From Nemertoderma westbladi (taxonomy: Eukaryota > Animalia > Xenacoelomorpha): DNA of 64,000 nt. Below are positions 34,700 through 48,867 of the stretch, piece after piece. The notes beneath the pieces were generated by a model that saw only the letters and a list, made by a program, of their open reading frames with translations, was not told the origin of the DNA and did not search any database. Numbering within the stretch: the first letter of the stretch is position 1; each line of letters begins with the position of its first letter. The DNA is taken from positions 38,257-102,256 of the forward strand of contig JAUCBJ010002101.1 of the NCBI GenBank assembly GCA_032718475.1, read 5' to 3'. The position numbers and the translations under genes were made by a program.

Positions 34700-36340
34700 C
34701 GTTTTAGTTCCATCAATTATGTCGCTTTTTATCAGGCTATCCAACAATACCAGACTATTAGTCATAAATGTTTACCTGCCGTATCAGTCTTGTGATAATT
34801 TTGATCTGTACATCAAGTACTTAGGTAAACTGCAGGCGATTACAGAGGCCGCCCCTACAGTGGCAGTCTGTATCATTGGTGATTTTAATGCCTCGCCTGG
34901 GCGCTATTTTTACAATGAATTAAGTGATTGGTGCAATAATAATTCTCTAACATATCTGATGTAGCAAACTTACCTAGTGATACGTTTACCTTTACTAGCG
35001 CTGCTTTTAGTACCACATCATGGCTTGACCATGTAGTGACAACAGCCGCATCCGAATTGTTTGTTAATGAATACTTTGTTTCATACAATTTATCTACAGT
35101 AGATCATATACCGATCTCTGTAGACCTTAACATTATACCTGATTTAACTCGCAGTGCTCAGCCCCCTAACGTTGATGTAACTGACTGTAACCATTGCAAA
35201 TTACAATGCGGTCCTCCAAACTTAAATTATATAAAAGAGTACAGCAAAGTATTAAACTTTGCACTGGCCGACATTTCAATACCTGATGGCTTGAAATGTA
35301 CAGACCCGAACTGCAAGGACCACTGCGAGTCAATCGAAAAGTATTGGGAATTTATTTCTGGTGCAATTTGCATTTTCGATTCAGCCAGGAAGACAGTACC
35401 GTCTAAACAACAGACGGCGAGTCTAGTCATAATTATAACATTCCAGGCTGGAACGACTCAGTCAGGGATAAATATAATTTGTCATTACATAAGTTCCAAG
35501 TATGGCGGGAAGCGGGATCCCCAAGACAAAGGAATGTGCACAGAGAATATCTTGCGGCAGCTGCTGCAGAGACGAGTAAAGATTTTAATACATTCTGGAA
35601 CTCGATTAAAAAAGAGACAAATGTGCGTATCCTGCTTCCCAACGTAGTTAGCGGTGCAGCTGGAGAGGCTGAAATATCCGATTTATTTAATAACGAATTT
35701 TCAACGTTGCTAAATAGCGCTTCAGTAAGCAATGATTTCTCATTGAATGAAATTAATGACATGCTAGGTAATGCGAAGTTCACGACCGATATGTTTATTA
35801 GTGCAAATGAAGTAGGATGTGCACTCTCTAACCTTAAGTTAGGTAAATTCATAGGCCCTGATGGTATCTCGGCAGAGCATTTAGTATATGGTAATAGTAG
35901 CAGGCTCAATACCATGTTAGCTATTCTTTTATGTTCTTTTGTTATCCACGGGTATCTCCCAAACTCAATCATTCATAGTATCCTCATACCAATTATAAAG
36001 GATAAGAATGGCCCTTTAGACGATAAATCTAACACCGACCTGTAGCCATTTCTACAGTATTTAGTAAGTTGTTTGAATACATAATATTTTCTCGTGTTGA
36101 ATCACATATTATTTGTAGCGATAATCAATTTGCTTTCAAAAGCAATAGCGGGACTGAATTAGGGGTATATGTGCTTAAGGTAATCAACTACTATTTAGAT
36201 AATGATAGCCCAGTTTTTGTATGTTTTTTGGACGCTTCTAAGGCATTCCACCATATAGAGCATGATAAATTATTTAATAAACTTATAGGTAGGTAGAGGT
36301 ATACCATCTTATATTGTGCGTATAATAGCATACTGGTATC
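34700..36340 (+). pseudogene. APE-endonuclease/RT LINE relic (clade uncertain)
   Basis: NVYLPY, IIGDFNA, SWLDHV and DHIPI (APE); GPDGISAEHL, NQFAFK and CFLDASKAF (RT). Multiple frameshifts. Confidence 0.85.
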
Positions 36341-36482
36341 GGGTGGAGAAATATCTGTTCCTTTATTGTAGAGTTGCATTTTTGTGCCCTTCTTTGTCAT
36401 TTGGTCGATTATTCTTGAGATCTGTGTCCATGTTTTCAGGTGAATATTACATAATAATTAATTAAACATTTGTTTTTTCCAG

Positions 36483-36950
36483 ACTCATATCCAGATTCAA
36501 AGTAACGAACTGGTGTTGGTGATTCCGTCTGGGAGACGGAGGCAGAGGTTGGAAGACATGGCCGCAAGGAACAACATGTGTCCGGTGGACTGCGGTGGTG
36601 GAGGAGCAGGCCATTGTCAATACTTCGCCGTTGCAATGGCCGTTCAACAACAAACTGGCTATCTATACACGGTCAAAGAACTGAGAAAATGTGTCGCAGA
36701 GTTGCTGGTACGTGAACAACAGATATTTGAACCGTTTGTACCAGTTAACTTTGGTAACTATGTTAGTCAAGTACGGGATGGAAGGGAATGGGGGGGATAA
36801 CGTTTCTTTACGAGTTTTAGCTAATCTTTTAGGGGTTAAATTCCAAATCTACGATACTGGAGTTAACACTGTGGTGGTGGTTGGGGAGGGGGTTATAAAT
36901 ATTTCCTTGGGGTATATCCACGATGAGGTACATTATGTAGCCATTGTACA
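36483..36950 (+). pseudogene. OTU-family cysteine protease domain (Helitron-associated)
   Basis: DCGGGGAGHCQYFAVA...ELRKCVA...F..Y...DGREWG-DNVSLRVLANLLG...LGYIHDEVHYVAI carries the OTU Cys and His motifs. One frameshift in a G run at ~36795; ccAG acceptor at 36482. Confidence 0.75.
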
Positions 36951-37499
36951 AAATAGTCAACTCTTATCACAAGTACCAGGGCACTCATTAACACCTGGGA
37001 CTGCAACACTGTCTTCCCGAGATGTGAACATTATCATGGGTGGGGGGCCAAGTTCACAATGGGGGGTGGGGGGGAGGGGGGGCTCAAATACAACCAGGAA
37101 CGAGCTCTATGGGCCATAATTTTGGAGAGGCGGAGGTTCCTATGGAAACTGAAAGCAATGGGTTAAATGGCATGGGAGGTACAACATAATTTTATGGTGA
37201 GGAAGATTTGGGTAGCGATTTTGAAATGGGTTCCATTTCAGATGGCGAAGCTACCAGCAAGCAAGCATGGAAGTTGAGAGTGATAATAACTTAAATGATG
37301 AATGGTGTTCTAATTGTTTTAGAAAACACGGAGGCCATGGTTGTGAATTTGGTGAGGTTTTAAGGAACTATTTTGGGGAGTTGAAAAGGGCGCCTGATAG
37401 GGGGGGGGGGGGGGGGGGGGGGAGTATATATTGTGAACAGAGTGCAAGGAATACCTCACCCATAAGACACGAATTGGAGAGACGGTTGGCCATCATATT

Positions 37500-40400
37500 A
37501 TTGGACTATGGTAAGAACCACCAAAGATGGTCAACTGTGGAGGATTGGGATGTTCTTGGGATGGGGTACAACAGATGTTTGCAATTGGAATACAAAGGCA
37601 TGTAAATGTTGAACCTTTGTTTAATGATATTACAGTAAACCGCCATTGGTATATGACCCTTATTAGCAGTCTCCTTGATGTTAACATCATGAAATCTGCT
37701 AATACCAATCCTTATCCCGATGTGAAATGTCCTTTGGGGTGCCACGAATTCCTCAATCGTATCAAGCCGTTGCCCCTTCACCACTTCCTCCACTTGTGGA
37801 TTGCTAAGTTTAATTCTTTCGATCCAAAGAAGGAATTAGTCCATGGAATAGTAGGAGAATGGCCATGCAATGGGTACGACTTGGGATACGTCATTCGTCC
37901 ATCATTGATAATAATCCCCAACCACGGCCTTTGCGTTGCAATGTGCGAGGATCACGCAACTGCAGATAAGTCCTACATTCAGCCTCCTCGACATCCCAGC
38001 CACGGCGACGCGACACCCTACAGTACCTCGACCGACTCACTCCAGCAACTATGGCTCCAAATATTGTTCGTGATGGTCAGGTGGGTAAGTTTCCCTGTAG
38101 TCAAGAAAATAGGAGGATACCACGGCATACTTTGACAACTACGACAACTTTGAACCGACCATAAATGGGGGAGGAATTTGTGAGAGGGACTCTCCATGCA
38201 GGTAAGTATGAGGAGGAGGGACTACAGGGATGCATCAAGAGTGGCTCATATGTTCCCATGGATGAAGCTCTATTTCAATGGGAGAATTACACATCAAAAG
38301 ATAAAGGGAGTACAACTAATTACAGCTTACCACTAGTACACTTGGAAACGACCCTTATGGATGTGAACCACTCCACATTCCTAACACATCACAAACCTTA
38401 AATTCCAATTCAATTTTAGAAAATGTACTACAAATTATAGCCTTCCAACACGTAGACTCCTACAATCTATAGTAGAAACTAATCAGTTATCCTACCAACT
38501 AATTACTGCGTTTACATACAGTACTGAATTATGAATGTGGTAATGAAAACAGTGCAACAAAGAGAGACTTCTAGAACGCAACATATCAGAATCCAGTAAC
38601 ACCACAGAATCTATTTTTCGCAAATCAGCTATTAATCTGACATTAATAGAAGGAATATCAATTAGAAGTACTGTCGGAGATTCAAATGTGACTAATATTG
38701 AATTATACATCTGTGATAACAATGCTCGAAGTTTTATGGGATTAATACAGTTGGAACAGCTCCTAATCATAGATACAGACAACATTATTGTGGATGGCAA
38801 CGACTACTATTTGCAGAGTGCCAGTAACTCAAAGGGAACACTATTTAGATGGAGGGAATTATTTCAGTTTCAGGACACTCTAGCGACCAAATATGACAAG
38901 TCAATGGTGAACACATCAAGTATCCTAAGACAATTCAACACACTTGTGTTTGTAAAGAAAGCACTACCTATGACCTACAAAGATAGACAGCTATCCCTTA
39001 AATCAGGGCAGAATAAAATGAAATGTGAAATCCATAATCAATACTTAGTGAAACAACATGTCACCAACACATCGAATTGCTGTGAAATTGGTTGTTCAAC
39101 AAACGGCTCACTGGCGATGCCCATGTGGTTTACCTTTTCAATTTTGTGAAATGGGAGTTTGTTTCAAACATGGTAGATTGCTGCTCAAGAAAACTTCAAT
39201 AACAATGGTTGAAAGTTGCGTTGGTTGAGTGGCTGATGGTGTTAATCATAACATCAACACGTCAGCAGGAGGTGTTGCCATGGACAACCAAGGATATATA
39301 GATGGAGATGTTGACAAACTTATTGAAGATCCATTGGGACGGTCTCCTAGGGAACCACGAAATGGTTACTGACGAACATGACGTCATGCTGTTATATGCC
39401 AAATTGGTGAACGAAAAAATAACAAGTTGCAATTTTCTAGAAGAAGAACGAGTAAAAAAGGATAAGGGATATACAGCACGAAATATAGGTATTCCAGAAC
39501 TAATTTGGTACACCTTAGGTCGGGAATATTTTAACACAAACGTTGAATTTCTTCATGTTTCTAGTTTGACCCCAGCCTATCGAACTGGTTTCTGCCATCC
39601 ACAGCCTGGACAAAAGAAAGTATTGTTAGTTGCTGGAGAGGATAAAGAATTACTTCCTGTCTTGAAATGGGCCCATTTACCTGCCAGTAGACAGTTTATT
39701 CCATCCCAAGAACTACTAATAAGGGATTACAGCGAAAGTTCTTTCAGTGCTGATAGGATTACCAAGTTTAATCTGCGACCACCATAACTCCTTCTCTTTG
39801 ACACCATTGAAGTTTATACCAAGTGCTTCACCCTTTCCTCTATTAGTAATAATTACGAGTTGGACCTACAAATCGGTGAATGCATTTGGGTAAACGGACT
39901 AGGCCACCGTGTTTTACTTTGTGCATCCGGAATCACAAACACAATGGCATTTCTGCAAAATAAAGTCAATTCAAATGACCCTCTCGCCCTAAACCTTTTA
40001 CAGGAAATATTAGGGCCAATCTCTAATAATAATAAAGGGTTTATCACACGGTTTGTAAACACCCGGGACACAAAATCAGTTATAGTTGTGTTCACAAGCA
40101 TAACCCCATTCCAAACCGAGAAATTCCTGATACACCTAATGTTATCCCTGGGACATTTTCAAACCGAACTTGATCTGTTCTCCACTTCATGTTTTCTGGA
40201 AAGTTTCAGTTTATCTAAATTGATACCAGACTGGAATAATGTGACAAATCAGGACTCCCTCAACCTTCATAGGAAATACGTTATGGAACAGTTGGGTCAC
40301 TATCCAATTTCTACCAGACAGCTAGATAAATCTGTACTCAGTACTCTCTGTACTAACAGCATTTTTCAGTGGTGGTAACCTACAGTAGACAACACTACCC

Positions 40401-41050
40401 ATTGTACATGTACAGGCCCTGTTCCTGTGCTAACTCACCCACCACCATTAGTACAAGCAAGCAAGCAAGCAAACAGTCGGCCGAAGCTGGAGGCGACCCG
40501 AAGGCTCCTCTTTCGATAGTTGCTACCCCAGGGTAGGGGAGGACGCTACTCCTATCCCAAGATTTGCTCCCAGTTATTTAACTGGTACTCATTTAATCGA
40601 CCCCAGTGGATGAAAAGCTGAGTGGACCATGGAGGGGCTGAACCTACAACCAATAGATTGCAGGCCCGGCGCTCAACCAACTGAGCTACCCCGCCTTATA
40701 CCGCTACCCGCCATTAGTACAACTGCACCATTGTTTTGCAATGGATATTCAAATCCCAGACGATTCCTGTGGGTTTCTTTATATTTTGGTCAGTGTCCCT
40801 TTCCCCGAGGAAACATATAGGAGAGGCAGCGAATCTGAGAAAGGCACTCCTTGAACATCAGTTGGGCCAATGGCCAAACTGGTCAGACAACCAAAATTTA
40901 CAAACATGGCAACCATATGCTTTCGTTACTGGTTTCCCTGGAAACAGTCTCGAGGAAACAAATATAGACGCTGGAAAATCTTTACAAATTGCTATTCTGT
41001 ACCGCTTGAGACAAAATATGTCATTAACTGAAGTTCTAGAAATTACCATC
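37500..41050 (+). pseudogene. Divergent Helitron-like Rep/helicase polyprotein remnant A (internally deleted)
   Basis: Cys/His-rich N-terminal blocks (CPLGCHEF, CEIH..CC..GC), then post-Rep blocks homologous to remnant B (RQF...FNLRPP, FLIHLMLSLGHFQTELDLF). Confidence 0.6.
40457..40710 (-). mobile_element. tRNA-derived SINE with conserved central core and (TTGC)n tail
   Basis: Minus strand: ggcggggTAGCTCAGTTGG (box A)...GGTTCAGCCC (box B), then ccactcagcttttcatcc..ggggtcgattaaatgagtaccag (Nin/Deu-like core) and a ttgc tail. TSD ccattagtacaa at 40445-40456 and 40711-40722. Confidence 0.85.
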
Positions 41051-44000
41051 CAGATGTCTAGACGAGAGAACTTGGGACTGCGGGTAGTAAAAGTATTTAA
41101 ATAATTAATATTTTACAAATTTAATTGGGGGGGGGGGGGGGGGGCTACTTACATTATTTGGTTAAATTAAAGGCTCACTCGTTTGCATAAGGAACATTGT
41201 GTTAGGGTACATTGCAAGGGTTGTGGTGCGAGCCACGCAGTCAGGGTGAGCCTTAGAGCATTATAATTAGTAAATAGGGCAACATTTCATGTCCGTCTGC
41301 CTGTCTGTCCATCTGTCTGTCGGTCCGTCAGTAATGAAAAATTCATTCGTGAATAACTTTTGAAGATTTTAATAGTCCATATTGATCAATAATTTTAATA
41401 ACTTTCTGGGTTTGGATATAAACTTTTCTGGCTTAGTATAATGCATAATGCGTAGCTAATGATACTAGTAAATTAAATTATATAATATAAATATATTTTT
41501 GATACAGATTTCTATGGTTTATGCCAGCAAGGTATGCAAGGGGCTGTTTAGAGATCAACCATGCCCATGCTTTCGCACAGTTCACAAGGAGTGGGCAGTC
41601 TCGTTTCGACCTAAATGGGACAAGATGATAATCGATAAGGAGGATAACATTATTATACCACACATCTTTTCGAACACTGAATTTCCGATGTTATTCTTCC
41701 CTAAGGATGTACTTCAGGTAACAGATTTGGTATATATATCACAATAAAGATTAACATTAACTCCAAAAGTAAATATACACACAATCAGATTGGTCTCGGG
41801 CATATATTTTAGTATCTCGTCGAGATAGGGAGAGGGTGAGAAACTGGACGCAAATCCCATATCAGTGCGTACAGATACCTATAACAAGTATCAATCAAGC
41901 CTTATGTTATGTTAGTTAACGCATTTTATTACACTGTAAGTTTTGTGCCCGAAATATAGGGTATTTTGTAGAAGTTCTGACTTTTGCCACGCTATTAAGA
42001 GCTTTGTTTCATCTTTTGTCATTAATATACATATAAACTGAAACCCCTGATATTGACTTATTTAATTGTTTTGGTTGTAATAACCTGCCACAGTAACGTG
42101 ATTCTTTCCATTAGTCTGCTTATTCGCACCTTCAGATCCTTGACACCTACATCCTAGTACCAAATTATTTAGTTTATAAATAATTATTTATAGCCTCAGA
42201 CACAATGAATCCATCACTAATGACGAGGCACGGAATCACATCCGTAACGAACTGAAAATATATCGCGGTGGTTGGGTGATATCTGGATGGGCTCAGTCTG
42301 CTGTAATAAATGCAGCTACGGAGCAGGTAGAACCTGCCAGGTTCCATATAACAACATCCATCATAAATAAGGACAAATTTTATCACTTCAATTTATTTAG
42401 AAGTAAGTTTGACGAAATTAACTACATATTTTATGATTATGATTATTATTACTATTATATTATATTAATTCATGTTTCTAACTGATACTGAAAAGTAATT
42501 CCTTCGGAAACCTTCTCATACCTATAATTTTCTTTTACAAATCTTAATGAGATATATTTGGTCGTGTCAGGATTTTTAATGTGATATTTATATTGCCCCA
42601 AGTTACATTCGCAGTTATTCTTCTACCTAAATAGTTTTTTTATTTGAAAGCTGTTTGTGGTATGATTTGAATTAACACAATTATATACATTTATTTTGAA
42701 ATGTAGTTTTGATAATTAAATTATTCTATTAAATAAATACACATATATATAGTTCTGGAACATTTTGTTTCTATATAATAATTTATCTCAATTTTATATC
42801 ATTTATCTCATCTACCTTGTTGTCCAGCGTATTACAGCTGGGTAGGGATGGCAATTATAAAGTGATCAATCACTTCAGGAATTTTACGTGAATGAACCAT
42901 CATTGAGCTACTTATAATTATACTAACCAAATTTTCTTAATGTCTGTTTATTATGCAAACAATCTAGAATAATTAGTGAAAGTTTGACAATAATTGATGA
43001 CCATTCACCTGCTATTTTTTTTCAGGGTGTGGTATGGAGTGGGATGACTGCTGCCAACAATTTTGTGAGTCCCTTTACTGATGTCCTTTCTGGCCCAAAC
43101 CCTGGGTCAAACCCAGATTGTGAGGGGGAGAGGGATTCTGGAGTTTGAGGTTCTGTCTGATTTATGGACATGGGGGGGGGGGGGGGGGGTTGCCTCATCA
43201 TCCGTTGCCACTTCTCATGTTCTGGAAGACTGGCTGAGAAGTTTCCTGTGGTTCTGAATGTGTGCTACTCTCCAACTAGTTTCTACCTAATTATTATTTA
43301 CCTAATTAATACTAATTTCTACCACAATCTACAAGTAGCTACTGATGGAGTAGCACGCATTCTTAACATTCCTGGGAGACTTTACTGCAAGTCACAATCA
43401 ATCTCGAGATAATCTTCCCATTGAGGTCAAAAATTTAAAAAAGGTTAAAAAAGGCAATATTACAATATCGATCAAAGAGAGTCAGGTGTTCAGCTTGTTT
43501 CGGTAATAAAAATAAATATTGATGATGAAAATGAAGTTAAGCTGGGAGGGCCCTTCTTTAATAAGTGTATTCGTCAATTTGTTGATGATTTTGGGGATAG
43601 ACAAATAACGGATTTAAGGGCACGTGTTTCACCGTATCATCTATTGCGGTTCACCTTCTTTAGTATTTTTATTTCAACTAATAAGCGCACCACCATATTT
43701 TAGAAAGTACAGAATCTGGTCCCGAAACAGAGAGAATATACCCACTATGGCCAACTGAAATAGTTAGGGCTCAACAGGGATACTGTGGGTGTGCTAAGCC
43801 ACAACTTACAGGGGTGAAATCTTACGGCACAGAAGGTTCGCCATGTCCTGCAATTGTCTGATTGTTACAGTAGAAAAATTGTGAATAATATATAAAACTG
43901 ATATAATTGTATTGAAATTATTGTTTGTACATAAAGATATGTTGAGATATATTGATGTATAGAAACTGGTACATGAATGTCAGAATGTTACAGTTACATA

Positions 44001-44114
44001 ATATTATCGGACTTTACAAATATACTGTAACAGTATATAACTGTATAAAGGAACCAATCAAAACTATAGAACAACTATAACTAAGAACTATAATAAGAAA
44101 TATGATGAGAACTA

Positions 44115-44190
44115 TATAAGTACTATACTATAACTATGCTACTATACTATACTATACTATAACTATGCTACTATACTATACTATACTATT
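44115..44190. repeat. (TACTA)n microsatellite
   Basis: Run of actat/tacta units. Confidence 0.8.
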
Positions 44191-45795
44191 GAAAGATCAT
44201 AGAGCTTCCTAACCCTGATTGACTGCTTCCTGTGTCTGACTGTATGTATGCATGCAGTACGTCAGTACTGCAGTACCAATATGATGCTCTGACTGCTGAT
44301 CAATAATAATGATGCCAGCTAGGCGAAACAGATTCCTGTTATTACAGAGGTTGGGATGGATAAACCAATCAGGGAACAGGACAGTAATCCTACCATATAA
44401 GGTAATACAAACACAAGCTATCTCTATTATAAGGAGACAGCTGGTAATAAAATTCACAAATAGAAATATATGTGGGGCGAGTCATAAACTATGAAAAGCT
44501 CTAAGGCAATATAATATTCTTAGTTAAAGATAATAAAGATATAGTAACTCTCTATATAAATGCCTAATAGGTAGTTGACATCCCACACCCACGACAGTGA
44601 CTTAGGGCCACCACTGCTGTAACTATAAATTACGACATAATATGTATGTACATATATATTATATATAATGCACAATGAAAGGACATATAAAGTAAGAATA
44701 TGAAATCAAACACAAATAAAGTCACGTAATATTTATATCTTTATAAATGTCGGTTGGTGCTTTTGACTAGTTCTAAAAATTTCACAATTGATTAAACAAA
44801 TAATAAACTAAAACTCAGCTCAAAATGCACAAATAAATGCCATTCTTATATGTAGAAACTCTACAATTTATATAGATTACTTTCAATGAGAATAATTACC
44901 GTAATTCATAGTAATAATGTTTCTTGGTAAGTTAAGACATACTTAATCACAATATAAGTCCATTGATAAGATTAAATTGAGACTCGGTAAATCAAATAAT
45001 CAAGGAGTATTAAAGAGAATGTATATACAAAAATAAATCAAATACAAAAGAAAATACCATGAAATAACTATATATAACATCAATATAGTCAGTCATCAAT
45101 CTATTATTATTAATTATAATCATCAATACATCAATCATCGTAATGTTAGTGATATTGAACTGCTTTGATCGACTTTATTCCCAAACATCGAGTAACAAGT
45201 ATAAAAAGAGTTGTATATAAACACTAATTCCATTATCATCAACAAACAAAGATTACATATTCAGGGTAGAGGGATTGGGTTCAGAATGGGGAAAGGGACA
45301 AGAGAGACCAGGGACAGGGGGGGGGGGGGGGGGGCAAAAATGGAAAGGGAAAAGAGGGACAGGGAGAACGATACGAGAGGAATGGGCTGGATAGTGGACA
45401 GGGAAAATAAATATTTCATATCAACAATGGAGCGCATGCATCCTGGGGGGCCCCACACCCGTGAAACGTCACGGGAGGATAGATAAGGGAATATCCATTG
45501 CATAATAATTAAATTGTATTCATTATGTAGATTGCATGCATATCCAATCCATCCAAAAATTCACATCAATATAAATAATAGAATATCGTTATATCTTTAT
45601 GTCGTATCCATATCGTATCATTATCATTATCAATCAGCATATATAAATATATAAGTATATTATAATGAATTTAGTAACGGTAATTATAACATCATCATTT
45701 GGGTATAATCCATTTATAATCGTTGACCATATATCATTACAGGGTTGTAAACTTGAGTATATGTATATATAATATATATATTAGTGTAGATATCT

Positions 45796-46400
45796 TTAAT
45801 CTGCTTGTTCTAACAAGCAAAGTGTATGGATTGGGCGCTCAAGAAGGCCACCTTTGAGTAAAACTTCAGCTACTCGGACTTGTTTATCTTCACCTGGGAA
45901 GACTTTAGTGACTCGCCCAATTGTCCAAGCTACCTTGATGGAATCATCATCCATCACAAGTACAACATCATGAACCTTAAGGTTGTAACCTGGACGGTAC
46001 CACTTTGTTCGAGTATGTAAAGTAGGCAGGTATTCACGAATCCACCTGCTCCAAAAAAAGTTAGAAAGAACTTGGGCTTGTCTCCAGGTGGTTTCAACAC
46101 CTTTACTTGCGCTAATAAACAACCCTGGTGGGAAGTTTGAGACTGGATCTAAACAAAGAGCATGGTTAGGAGTTAGAACTGTATCACCATGAACATCATC
46201 AGTGGTGAGGTACAGTGGGCGACTATTCATAATGGCTGCGGCTTCAGAGAGAACAGTGCGGAGTGTGTCCTCAGTGACAAGCTGCGTTTCCAATGTGATT
46301 CGTAATATCTTCTTTTTCATTCCAACAAGACGTTCCCAAACACCAGACATGTGAGGAGCACATGGGGGCTGCCAATGAAATTTGAGTGTATGATTGGGTA
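45796..46400 (-). pseudogene. BEL/Pao LTR retrotransposon integrase C-terminus
   Basis: PPCAPHMSGVWERLVG...IMNSRPL...LTPNH...FWSRWIREYLPTL..RTKW...W.IGRV...GED..VRVAEV...RPI..LC. Confidence 0.9.
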
Positions 46401-46420
46401 CTAATATGTTTGACCAAGTA

Positions 46421-46636
46421 GATCAACAATAGCTCAGATACTTGCACTACAGAGACTGATTGAAGGAATTAAGTCAAAGAATCTCCCTGCAGTCATGACT
46501 TTTGTGGACTTCAAGAAGGCATTCGACTCCATCCATAGAGGTAAAATGCTTGAAATCCTAAGAGCTTATGGAATACCAGAAGTAATTGTTGCTGGCATTG
46601 GATTGTTATATTGTGACACAGAAGCGCAGGTGCGCA
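46421..46636 (+). pseudogene. RTE-clade RT internal fragment
   Basis: RSTIAQILALQRLIEG...FVDFKKAFDSIHRGKMLEILRAYGIP. Confidence 0.85.
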
Positions 46637-47012
46637 GGGCACACAAGTTCCGATCGGAAAACCATACGAACGGTGGGTGCAAAATTTGGTATCGACAGCG
46701 CCTGTAATTCTGTGTCTATTTTATATCTGGAAGCCACAATGTTCCCATCAATATTTTTCTTACAATTAAGTTGTGGCACTGTACCTGGGGCATTACCTCT
46801 ACCACTCTGTTGCCCAGAATTTGAAAATAAAAAGCATGGATTTGCTGGTATCAAAGAACAAGTGAAAACCAGAATAACCGATGAATCTTTACAAACCAGT
46901 AGCCAAGCAAGGTACATTCAATATGCCTTTGATATTTTATTTAACAAGCAAGCCAGAAAATGGGACATGAGAATAGTTTTAAATCGTGGTTGGGAGGAAG
47001 TGGTTGGCCTAT

Positions 47013-47101
47013 TGTAGTATGCAGCCAGATATATATAATCATCAGTCTGTTAGTGCTATATCAATGCCGTCATAGCCATGGCCTAATGTATAACCACTAC
47101 A
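47013..47101 (-). repeat. 3' LTR (89 bp)
   Basis: tgtagt...actaca, identical to 51765-51853. Confidence 0.95.
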
Positions 47102-47439
47102 CTACTCTCTTCCCCAACACCAACATAAGACAAATAAAAAAAACCAACATCAACACCAACAGAAAACAAAGTCTTCCATATTATAGTTTATAGTCACTTT
47201 AAACCTCATAAAATTGAGTTTGCTTACGTTCATGACGAGGGTATTGTTTATTAGCTGTTTGAGCTTCTACTTGGTTCTCTTCCATTCTATCAAAAACCCC
47301 ATAAAATTGAGTTTGCTTACGTTCATGATGAGGGTATTGTTTATTAGCTGTTTGAGCTTCCACTTGGTTCTCTTCCATCGTTTCAACGACTTCACTAGGT
47401 GGGTGCAGTTTGCTCTGCCCCTTCTCAATATGGGCAGGT

Positions 47440-48867
47440 CTAGTTACATTTCCCCTTGGTGAAAGCTGTTGTGGTGGTTCCTGTCCAATTGGTTCGGATT
47501 GAACAGCTATAGGTAGTTGGTAAGAGTTGAAAGTCCCCCACATGTTCAGCAACAACAGGTTTCAACATCCTACGATTCCTAGTACTGATGCGATCATCTG
47601 GACCAAGTAATACAACCTTATGACCATTGGTCTCCATGACCCGATGACCACTGTAACCATACCCAGGGGCGTTAAATTTCTTAACCATTACTGGTTGATT
47701 AACTGCAAGTGGCTCCAATGGTTTGGCCCGATGAGTAAAGTCGTGATCACTCTTTATCTTCTGTTGACGCTGTTCATAGCCTGGATAAGTGTCAGGAGAT
47801 GACATGAGTGGGAGTGAGGGTAACCTCGTACGAAGATTGGTAGCTAAAGGTTCGAACAGGACCCTTGATGGGATTGCACCAGTAATTCGATGCTTGGTGT
47901 TACGGAGAGTAAAGATAACGGTAGATAGTTGGGTTTGAAAGCCCGCATTAGAGTTAGGAGTTGCACGCATCATCTTCTTCACTGTACGGTGAACACGTTC
48001 AACCATGCCATTTGCCTGGGGATAGCGTGCAGAAATTTCCACCAGCTTACAGTTAATACTCTGTAAATATCCTTTAAATTCATAGGACCGAAATACTGGT
48101 TCATTATCTGAAACCACGGATAATGGGAACCCGAAAGTTGCGAATATTGTATTCAAATGAGGGATGAGACGGGTTGCAGATAACGATGGCAGCGGTGTGA
48201 TATCTATGTAGCGTGAACCATAATCAATGATACTGAGACACAATCGCCCTTTGATATGGACACCATCAATAGCCAATTGCTCCCAGGGATGGTATGATGC
48301 AGATTGGTGCAATGGTTGTGGTGGAGGCAAATCGCTAGATAGCCTACAATAGTGGCAAACTGAAACAAAATGCCGCACTGCCTGTGACAAACCAGGCCAC
48401 CAGACACTAGCACGGAGTAGGTCTATGACCTTTGTAATACCTGGGTGCCCCTCATGTGTGAGTTTTATTAACATTGGACGTAAAGTAACAGGTACAACAA
48501 TGCGGTTGTTGTATAATAAGATGGTGTTTTCATTAACAACAGCAGTACTCAAATCATGTCTAATTGAATAAAAAATAGACTCTGAGGCAGATAATGCATT
48601 CCAGTCATTAAAGTGTAGTCGATCCATAACCCGTGAAAGTTCAGCACACATAGCAGTCTCAGTAGCCAGGAGGTTGATATCCACCAAATGTGATTCCAGT
48701 ACAAGATTAACAAATATATCAGGTATTTCCTGCTGTGTAGGCTGGACATTACTCAAAGGTGCTCGTGATAAGGTATCTGCAATGAGATTATGCTTTCCTG
48801 GAATGAATTCAACATCAAAAGCATATGGTAATAATAAGTTAAGAAACGTCCAATCCGTGGAGGGCAC
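47440..48867 (-). CDS. Gypsy integrase (frameshifted from RT-RNase H)
   Basis: HEGHPG..WWPG..CHYC zinc finger, LAIDG, SDNEP and QANGMVER. Confidence 0.9.
   Translation of the reverse strand: MPSTDWTFLNLLLPYAFDVEFIPGKHNLIADTLSRAPLSNVQPTQQEIPDIFVNLVLESHLVDINLLATETAMCAELSRVMDRLHFNDWNALSASESIFYSIRHDLSTAVVNENTILLYNNRIVVPVTLRPMLIKLTHEGHPGITKVIDLLRASVWWPGLSQAVRHFVSVCHYCRLSSDLPPPQPLHQSASYHPWEQLAIDGVHIKGRLCLSIIDYGSRYIDITPLPSLSATRLIPHLNTIFATFGFPLSVVSDNEPVFRSYEFKGYLQSINCKLVEISARYPQANGMVERVHRTVKKMMRATPNSNAGFQTQLSTVIFTLRNTKHRITGAIPSRVLFEPLATNLRTRLPSLPLMSSPDTYPGYEQRQQKIKSDHDFTHRAKPLEPLAVNQPVMVKKFNAPGYGYSGHRVMETNGHKVVLLGPDDRISTRNRRMLKPVVAEHVGDFQLLPTTYSCSIRTNWTGTTTTAFTKGKCN

Noticed and set aside
40625-40695. 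tRNA gene
   Set aside because: Boxes A and B are present but the cloverleaf is incomplete, and it is the head of a TSD-flanked SINE.
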